Shown: piece after piece, positions 55,729-64,000 of the stretch | How the letters are laid out: each line of letters opens with the position of its first letter | Numbering within the stretch: the stretch's first letter is position 1 | Assembly: GCA_964016885.1 (NCBI GenBank) | Contig: OZ024741.1 | Coordinates: 313,844,001 to 313,908,000 of the forward strand | Reading direction: 5' to 3' | DNA: 64,000 nt | Origin: Eledone cirrhosa | Taxonomy: Eukaryota | Notes under the pieces: generated by a model | Databases searched by the model: none | Told to the model about the DNA's origin: nothing | What the model saw: the letters and a program-made list of their open reading frames with translations, nothing else | Translations under genes and position numbers: made by a program

Positions 55729-55849
55729 TTATTGACACGTGTTTCTATAACAGTTACATAACCTGAAAACAGCTGCTATCTACAAAGTTTTAGTTATGCA
55801 GACATTCAATATTTCAATGTTATTATTTACTGTCATTTCATCAGAATAA
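55729..55849 (-). ncRNA. HHR family E with extended stem II
   Basis: Reverse complement of 58049-58169. Confidence 0.85.
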
Positions 55850-58048
55850 TATTATTGAGGACCTATTTGGTTTTTATAGAGAATATTAGGAGGGAGGGGT
55901 GAAGTTGTTAGAAGAATAGTTGAGGGAGTGGTTTGTTGATAGCAGTGAGAATTTTTGGTGGCAGTGAGTAATTAGATTCCCATCTGTTGTTTTGACATTT
56001 TTATAGAATATATTATTGGTTATTTTTCTAAATTTATAGAAGGATTAGAGATAGTAAAGATATGCGTGGTTGGTTTTGTGTTTGCACTTAATTAACATTC
56101 AGACTTAATTTTTTTTTTTTTTTCCTTTCAAGTCTACGTATCCTTTCACCCACGCATTCACACACAAATATATTTGCACACCTCTACAAAATACATATAC
56201 TCACATTCACATATTCATACTTACATACATATACACATGCATACATATATATATACACACATGTATTCATGTACATACATACGCGTTCATGTGTATACAT
56301 TTTCATACTCAACTTATCTTTATATACACACGCATAGACACACACATATATACATACATACTCTAGTCTATGTGTACACATATACATATACATACACATC
56401 TATACACATATACATATATACACACATACATATATATATATATATGATATATATATAAGCACTTTAATACATGAATACTCTTACATCTTACTATACACAT
56501 CAAACATATATATATATTTACTTATTTATATACATTTTCACATATATATACATACTTATGGACGTTTTTAGACACATTCATTATCGCATATTTGCACCTA
56601 TTTTCATCAGCATATCTTTCCATTATTAGTGTGGTAATTTAAGGTTATTAATATATGTTGAGAAGAGATTGTTTTTATATTCTTCTAACTAGAATGAGGT
56701 TTATATAGTTGGGGGGATGTCCCTCTTTTATGTAATATTCGGCTTGTAGTGGGAAAAAAGGGTTTTAATTCTGTGACGGCAGAATAATGTTCGTTCAATT
56801 CTGTTATTCAGCAATTTCTTCTTGTGTGTGATTATGTAATAAATCTCAAGATTACATAATTTGCAGAAATTTTGGCTCCTGGAAAAGCTTTGGGTTTTAG
56901 CTAATTTCTCCCATTTTAGAGTAAACTTTTGATCGCTATCCCTGAGCGTCCAAGCTTTTTCTGCTAAAGTTGTTACATTTCTTTGGCTCTGGTGTTTTAT
57001 TGAGTAAGAATGCCTATATAATCGAGATTTGAACGATGTTGCCGTTGATCCCACGTAATACCACTCGTTGCCTTCGGATTTAATGGTACACTTATAAATA
57101 ATATTTTTTCCCAGGCAGTTATTGCCGAGGGGGCAGTTGTCAGGATAGGTGCAGTTACAGTTGTGTACGTTGGGTTTTCTCTGGAGTAGTATTGCGGACA
57201 AACTTAGGTGTGGTTTATTTATGTTCTGTAGTGTATTGTCTACTGTTTTTTTTGTGTTTTTTGTACTTAAGTTCTTAGTGTTTTCGTTTAACCTTCTAGT
57301 ATTGATCTTTTTTATGTGTTGTTCAAGGTTTAACGCTGTAGAGTATGACAGTCTTATAGTGGTTGGGTTTAGGATTTTGTGGTATTTGTGTGATGTAGGA
57401 AAATGTCTCTTAATTATTTTAAAGAAGAGTACTGGTAAATTTGTACTAATGGAACTATTGTATTCGGGGTTATACCATAAGTACTCTTTGCATCGCTTTC
57501 TATTAGTTTTGTTTGTTGGTTTACTGGTGTGCATACTACGGTAGTAAGTGTGGTTTGGTGTTGTGTTATTATATCTACCTATGTGGGATTTATTTTGGGT
57601 GTTTTGATTGTTCCCATCTATATACTCTATTTTGTTGAGGTAGCCTGCTTTACTAAGGGCGTTATCGTAGTACTCGGCGTGTTCCTTAAATACTTGTATG
57701 TTAGAAGATAGACCCGAGATTCTAAGGGAAATATTTTTAGGGATAGATTTAATAGGGATAGATTTAATTATAAAAAAAATAAAAAAAATGTAAGTCTGAA
57801 TGTTAATTAAGTGCAAACACAAAACCAACCACGCATATCTTTACTATCTCTAATCCTTCTATAAATTTAGAAAAATAACCAATAATATATTCTATAAAAA
57901 TGTCAAAACAACAGATGGGAATCTAATTACTCACTGCCACCAAAAATTCTCACTGCTATCAACAAACCACTCCCTCAACTATTCTTCTAACAACTTCACC
58001 CCTCCCTCCTAATATTCTCTATAAAAACCAAATAGGTCCTCAATAATA

Positions 58049-58169
58049 TTATTCTGATGAAATGACAGTAAATAATAACATTGAAATATTGAATGTCTGC
58101 ATAACTAAAACTTTGTAGATAGCAGCTGTTTTCAGGTTATGTAACTGTTATAGAAACACGTGTCAATAA
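58049..58169 (+). ncRNA. HHR family E with extended stem II
   Basis: ttatt-CTGATGA-aatgacag...ctgttata-GAAACACGT-GTC-aataa; palindromic ACACGTGT stem III. Confidence 0.87.
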
Positions 58170-58206
58170 ATTCCTTTCAACTAAACTGTATCCATTCAAA
58201 TCTTTC

Positions 58207-58246
<40 letters not shown>

Positions 58247-58290
58247 TATATACATATATATATGTATGTGTGTAGGTATGTCTCTATGGA

Positions 58291-58348
<58 letters not shown>

Positions 58349-58351
<3 letters not shown>

Positions 58352-58533
58352 ACCAGTAAGACCCCGACATCTTGAGCTCAAGCCGTTTCGACGGCTAGTC
58401 CAGAATTAGCCGTCGAAACGGCTTGAGCTCAGCTGTCGGGGACTTACTGGTTCCTATTACCCACTCTACTACCTCAAGTATTGAGTACTTTGGTGCGTTA
58501 TGGTCCACCTGGTTCCTTACCACATTTCCTCCG

Positions 58534-58540
<7 letters not shown>
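58349..58540. repeat. Tiny fold-back insertion of family J (3' half of HHR only)
   Basis: 58349-58397 is inverted relative to ~58407-58455; 58398-58540 matches 1247-1392. Confidence 0.8.
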
Positions 58541-58579
<39 letters not shown>

Positions 58580-58889
58580 ATGTGTGTGTGTGTGTGTATG
58601 TGTGTGTTTATTTAAATGGAAGAATGTCTGAAAAACATATCGTAGTAACTGATATAATATAAGTAAGATTATAAGGATTATATATGTTATTTTTTTTATA
58701 ATATTGTTTGTTTCTTTCATAATCCATGTATATATTATAGAGGAGCGATATAATATTAAATAAATATACAAGTTCATATGGTTATCACAAGACCACTTCA
58801 ATCTTTAAATTTTGAATAAAATTGTATCATTGATATCTCTATGTAATTAATTGTATCTTTAATATTATCACGTATATTGATAGTTTCAG

Positions 58890-59024
58890 AATGCCCACTA
58901 GCAAAGTTTGGTGTTGCCTGTAATAGCACATGCCCTTGTATCAACAACATTAACTGTGACAGGCAAAATGGAACATGATCAAATGGATATTCTGAAAGCT
59001 ATATTGGTGACAATTGCCAACAAG
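58890..59024 (+). pseudogene. EGF-like exon H (TGA at Cys6, Cys7>Tyr, degraded donor)
   Basis: ECPLAKFGVACNSTCPCINNINCDRQNGT*SNGYSESYIGDNCQQ. Confidence 0.8.
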
Positions 59025-60339
59025 TTATATTATAAACTTGTTGCGTATTTATTATATACACTCACACACAAACACGTACACATATATATACGTGTTTGTG
59101 TGTGTGTGTTTGTGTGTGTGCGTATGTGTGTGCGTATGTGTGTGTGTTTTTGCGTGTATCTGTGTGTATATATGATGTTTAATATAGAAATCGCTTCTAC
59201 AGGACTATAATAGTTTCATCCAAAGATATCATCAGTAAACGGCTTTCCTGATGATTACTTTTGGTAAAACTACTGGTTGGTTTTTGCCTCTAAAATCTGT
59301 CCAGCGATTCTTTCCTGAGACATTCTAACCCCATGTCAATAATATCGGAGCTATGATCTCTCAATCCGGAGAAGTACCACCAGTGAGACTCTGATCTCCG
59401 AGCCATCTACTTAATCGTGTGAAGTTAATTCCAAAACCTTTCGGAGGAACCCCATTTCTGCCATTTGTATTTGCAAATTGTAATCTTTCGGTCTTTCGTT
59501 TTTGAATTTGTTTAGCAAGATTCTTTATCTGAAATCGTGTGTTGAAACCGATATTGTTATACTTTGGGAGGGTCATGTTGCCAATAAGAAACACACGCAC
59601 CAGATGTTTCACTACAATTTATTATATATTTATAAATGTACAAATTTATAAATTTCTGGTTGGTTGGTTGGTTGGTTCCACAACCAGATAGTTGTTTATA
59701 TATAGTCATAGTTCTTTCGTCACACACTATGTGACCTCTTCAGTGACTGGGGATTCCTTTCTTTGTTTCTGTGCCTCTCCTTTGTTCTGTCCTACGCCAT
59801 TTTGTTTCTGTGTGTGTGTTGTGTGCTCAGTCTGCGCATGCGCCACATCCGGGTGTCTGTGTGTGTTTATGTTCATTTATCATATATCGGTAATGGTTGG
59901 CAGAAATACCAGGAAGACAGCGAGATTGGCGTTTACACTTACCTTCCATCCGATTACTGAATGCTGAAGCTAGCACATTACTGCATGACATTTTGCAATT
60001 CTTGCACTTAATGCAGTCTCCTGCCTTCCATCACACGGCCCAGAGATACTTGAACTTTTCCACCTCCTTCAGTAGATCTCCATTCACATGTATGCAAATT
60101 TGAGCGACTTCTGTCCGTCTCAAAATATGTGTGTGTGTTTGTGAGAATGTATGTTGTCGTAAAGTAAGGACGGAAGGGGATACACACATATGTCTCTAAT
60201 TTAAAAACGGTGACACACATACACCCATATAGACCCCCCTCCCGACACACACACACGCATATATATATATATATATATGAAACACACACATATGTATGAT
60301 ACACACACATATATATAACACACACGTCTCTAATTTAAT

Positions 60340-60521
60340 ACTTGTTTCTACTTTCGGCACAAGGCCAGCAATTATCCAGTGCATTAATGGTACTTTATTT
60401 TATCGACCCCGTAAGGATGCAAAGTCAACCTCGGAGGGATTTGAACTCAGATCGTAAAAGGACGTAACTATGTTGGAAAGCATGGTGTCCGACCCTCTAC
60501 CGATACTGACAATCCACCGCC
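60340..60521 (-). mobile_element. OK-like SINE
   Basis: Reverse-complement SINE core and tail. Confidence 0.85.
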
Positions 60522-60579
60522 CTAATTTAATAATGCCAACAAACTCACACGCGCAAACATACACACACTGTCCTATTAC

Positions 60580-61010
60580 CACTTAAGAGCTGTGACCCGG
60601 CAAACATCCCCTCAATGTTGAAACCGTCTGGGTTGTCCTCAATTGATAGGAAAAGACCTGACCGTTTTACTCTGTTCCCCTCGTCAAGAGGCAGATGCCT
60701 TGTCTGGGACATCACAGTTAGAGACTCTTTTGCTTCTCCCCACATCCTGGGTCTAGCGGTAAGGGCGAGAGCCACAGTACGAAATCCTGAAATACTATGA
60801 TCTATTGGGTAACTACATGTTCCAGCCTGTAGCGTTCGACACGTTTGGGGAAGTCGGACTACTGACAGTGATATTATTATCTTTACTGGCAGCTCGCCTA
60901 ACATAGGTAACTGTTGAAGATCGTAAGGGTCCATGCTTGTTCCAGTGCTTCAGCCTCGCCTTCACTCGCGTAACACTGCGAGTGTGGTGGTTTGCCTCAA
61001 AAATTATTAG
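60580..61010 (+). mobile_element. 3' fragment of CRE-like RLE non-LTR retrotransposon
   Basis: PSGLSSIDRKRPDRFTLFPSSRGRCLVWDITVRDSFA matches the EPxGL..DGKRPDG..LxWDxT endonuclease pattern. Confidence 0.7.
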
Positions 61011-61079
61011 AGAGATTTCCGAGTGCTCCTCGAGTGCTCTGGTAGTAGCTCATTTGTCCACGCCTTTGGCCTGGCTTTA

Positions 61080-61270
61080 GTTGTATGTGGTCCTCGATGT
61101 ATGTATTAACTGTTTGTGTGTTGTATGTGTCCTAGATGAGAGTATTACCTGCTTGTGTGTTGTATGTCGTCCTAAATGTGTATATTACCTGCTTGTGTGT
61201 TGTATATGGTCCTAGATGTGTGTATTACCTGCTTGTGTGTTGTATATGGTAATAGATGTGTGTATTATCT
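61080..61270 (+). repeat. ~40-bp minisatellite, ~5 copies
   Basis: tgtgtgttgtatatggtcctagatgtgtgtattacctgct repeated. Confidence 0.85.
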
Positions 61271-61453
61271 TTCATTTTTTTCCTTTCCCTTTCCTTTGTA
61301 TATATTATATTTGTTTGTGGTAGTGGCAATACACCGAGAGTATTGATGTATGTATCATTTAAAAGAAGTGTATCTTGAAATAAGCAATAATAATATTTAT
61401 GTATAATAATGTGTTACGAAATTAGTACATACATTATATAATATTCATTCATT

Positions 61454-61626
61454 CGGTAGAGGGTCGGATGCTATGCTTTGACGTATAGAGTTACGGCCCT
61501 TGCCATTCTGAGTTCAAATCCAGCCGAGGTTAACTTTGCCTTTCATCCTTACGGGGTCGATAAAATAAAGTACCACTAATGCTCTGAGTAATTGCTGGCC
61601 TTGTGCCAAAAGTAGAAACAATTATT
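61454..61626 (+). mobile_element. OK-like SINE
   Basis: B box, core and tail. Confidence 0.85.
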
Positions 61627-62314
61627 TATTCAAAGTAATCCAACTTATTTTACTAACGCGATTAAATATAGAACAGACGATTTCCCGCACTCCTCCCTTT
61701 ATTATAGTATAGATTTAGAACAGTACTGCTGTTAGTATTATGAGTGTGAATTGCAGGTGTTGAAAGATATAGTGAACAATTAAGTTGATATAATAGAATT
61801 AAACATGCTTAAATTCACTTATATCATATATATAAACGCAAGCCGTCTGAGATATCACCGTACCAAACAAGTGAGAGGTGTAAAATCTTAGACGGTTAGT
61901 ATAATACCATACGTTAATATGACAGTCTGTAGACTCATAGCTTTAAAAACACGTACGGATGGGTATATTCATATATAAACATACGTACGCACGTGTTTTT
62001 AGATCCCCCTAAGCACATACTCGTGAATATATGCAGATACATAGGATAGGTGTACATGCACACATGGTAATACGAGGTACACAATTTAGTTAGTACCAGT
62101 TATAAGACACAAACCCATATTCGCACGCCGTGGTGCATTTTGATAGTTATGTATTTATGCATTTCAGTGTGAGGATGCCGGAATTAACCTGTCCTAATAT
62201 CTAGGTAATAACAACAGTTAAAGTTAGGGTATGCTAGATAATGTAAGATTATATCTGTGCCTGTGCCTCGAATGTTTACTTTGGGAACAGCAGCAGTAAT
62301 CTACTGTCTCAAAT

Positions 62315-62382
<68 letters not shown>

Positions 62383-62732
62383 ATTATATATATATAATAT
62401 ATAGGTTTACATATACATAAACTAGACAGAGCCATAGACATAGATATATGTGTGTTTTTGGCAACCATTCACGGTGTGGCTCAATCACGAATTAATTAAT
62501 TAAATAATCAACAATCAGAACAATATATAAGAAAGTAAGTCCATAGAATCATTTGATAAAATATATACAGTATTTCTCCTCCCAATCAGCATAATCAAGC
62601 AGATAAAAAATTAATTAAACGAGGCTATAAGTTTAAAATGTACGTATGAAGAAACAATAGATAAATAAATGATAGCTATTTTATCCGCGAGCAACAGCCA
62701 CAGAAGATTTACCTAGTCTTTCTAATAGCCCG

Positions 62733-63210
62733 TAGAAATTGACTAGACATATAGCTAACCATACACAATTAGGTACAAAATCAAAGTTAGAATAAAAAAA
62801 ATGTACATAAACATACCAAAATTATGTTTTTACCCCATGAGGTTTTATATACTCCCGTATGGTTGAGTAAATAATTAGGCAGTATTCGGCTGCGCATTCT
62901 AGCAACCAGCCTACTCGTCGTCAGGCACCAATCACAATCTTTCTGACTTGTCCACTGGCCATGTGACAATTCTAAGCCATTTGAATTCGTTTCTGGCGGG
63001 GATCATTTAAGAAAAATATTTGTCCAATTGAGTTTGTTTCCTGATGATTTCGAAACTCTTTGATTTATCCATGATCGAAAATTTCCAAATAGCGAATGAA
63101 ACCTCATGGGGTAGAAACATAATGTTGGTATCTTTATGTACATTTTTTCTTCTAACTTTGATTTTGTACCTAATTGTGTATGGTTAGCTATGTGTCTAGT
63201 CAATTTCTAC
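62733..63210. repeat. Fold-back cassette family O with candidate extended HHR (63037-63130, +)
   Basis: Arms ~62733-62845 / 63099-63210; tttc-CTGATGA-tttc...ggggta-GAAACATAAT-GTT-ggta with weak stem I. Confidence 0.7.
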
Positions 63211-63326
63211 AAGATAACCAGACGAACATCCATCAGAACAGTTTCCATTCCGCTTGTCACAGTTAATGCTGTTCATACAATGACATGTCCCATTACACTC
63301 TAAACCAAACCTCCCAAATTGGCACT
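63211..63326 (-). pseudogene. EGF-like exon I on the opposite strand, truncated by the fold-back insertion
   Basis: ttgcag acceptor; ECQFGRFGLECNGTCHCMNSINCDKRNGNCSDGCSSGYL, then runs directly into the IR arm; upstream intron homologous to other units. Confidence 0.8.
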
Positions 63327-63705
63327 CTGCAAATATCAGTATAGAAAATAATGTTGCAGATATTAATTACATAGTGTTATATATGAGATATCAATTGAAC
63401 AATTTTATACCATATCAATACAATTAAGCTTAAAATGGTCTTGTGATAAACGAATGAAAATTAATACGCTATTGAATTCAGTCATTAGGTGAAGCGAGAA
63501 GAACAAATTCTTGCTATGAAACAAATATTATTCTTGCTTCAAACAAATCATATTCTTGCTGTGAAAAAAATCAGGAGACTAATTTTATTTTATAGCTTAG
63601 CAAAAAAATTTGAATCTATCGTATTAGGAAAATGATATTAATACTAGTAAAATTATTAAACATGAGAATACTGATGTTACATATAATAAGAAAAAATTTG
63701 AAAAA

Positions 63706-64000
63706 TAATTGTTTCTACTTTAGGCACAAGGCCAGCAATTACCCAGTGCATTACTGGTACTTTATTTTATCGACCTCGTAAGGATGAAAGGCAAAGTCAA
63801 CCTCGGCGGGATTAGAAAAATTAGAAAAATAATGATTTCTACTATAGGCACAAGGCCAGCAATTGTGGAGGAGTGGAAACTCGATTAAAACCGATCCCAG
63901 TTCGTGACTGGTACTTTATTCTATCGACCCCGTTAGGATGAAAGGCAAAGTTAACCACGGCGGGATTTGAACTCAGATCATAATGGGCCGTAACTCTATT
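63706..64000 (-). mobile_element. Two OK-like SINEs (63706-63812, 63830-64000)
   Basis: Reverse SINE cores and tails. Confidence 0.82.

Larger units (their letters stand above)
55580..58210 (-). mobile_element. Young 5'-truncated Naiad-type Penelope-like element with inverted pLTR
   Basis: Open ORF 56728-57770 (RT thumb, CNC-x5-CPLGNNC, IIY..YVGST, CKLC, CRH); arms ~55691-56125 / 57775-58208 look identical. Confidence 0.92.

Noticed and set aside
58976-58978. TGA at a Cys position in EGF exon H as possible selenocysteine
   Set aside because: The same exon has a second Cys loss and a degraded donor, consistent with ordinary decay
59201-59280. Two opposed CTGATGA...(G/A)AAAC motifs
   Set aside because: Stem I fails to pair in one and GAAA is mutated in the other; possibly decayed HHRs but not supportable
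61080-61270. Regularly spaced ~40-bp repeats resembling a CRISPR array
   Set aside because: No unique spacers, eukaryotic context and no cas genes; it is a minisatellite

Overview
AT-rich, microsatellite-laden animal genomic DNA, probably an octopod cephalopod (inferred from OK-type tRNA-derived SINEs and an RTE LINE with a (GAT)n tail). The only host-gene signal is an array of nine ~135-nt phase-1 exons, each encoding an 8-Cys MEGF10/SCARF/Draper-type EGF-like module. Four are intact, four damaged and one inverted and interrupted; they were amplified by tandem and ~9-10 kb segmental duplication. The rest is mobile DNA: an R4/Dong-like RLE retrotransposon with a candidate 5' HDV-like ribozyme, a near-intact RTE LINE, Tx1- and CRE-like fragments, SINEs, a Tc2-like transposon end, and five Penelope-like elements (four Naiad-type, one near full length). 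The most striking feature, invisible in the ORF track, is about 30 type I hammerhead ribozyme (HHR) motifs from about a dozen unrelated families. Most lie in fold-back inverted-repeat cassettes in (TA)n tracts, including a ~430-bp retrozyme-like repeat whose opposite-orientation copies bracket the EGF exons. All structures were read by eye; no folding or database searches were run.
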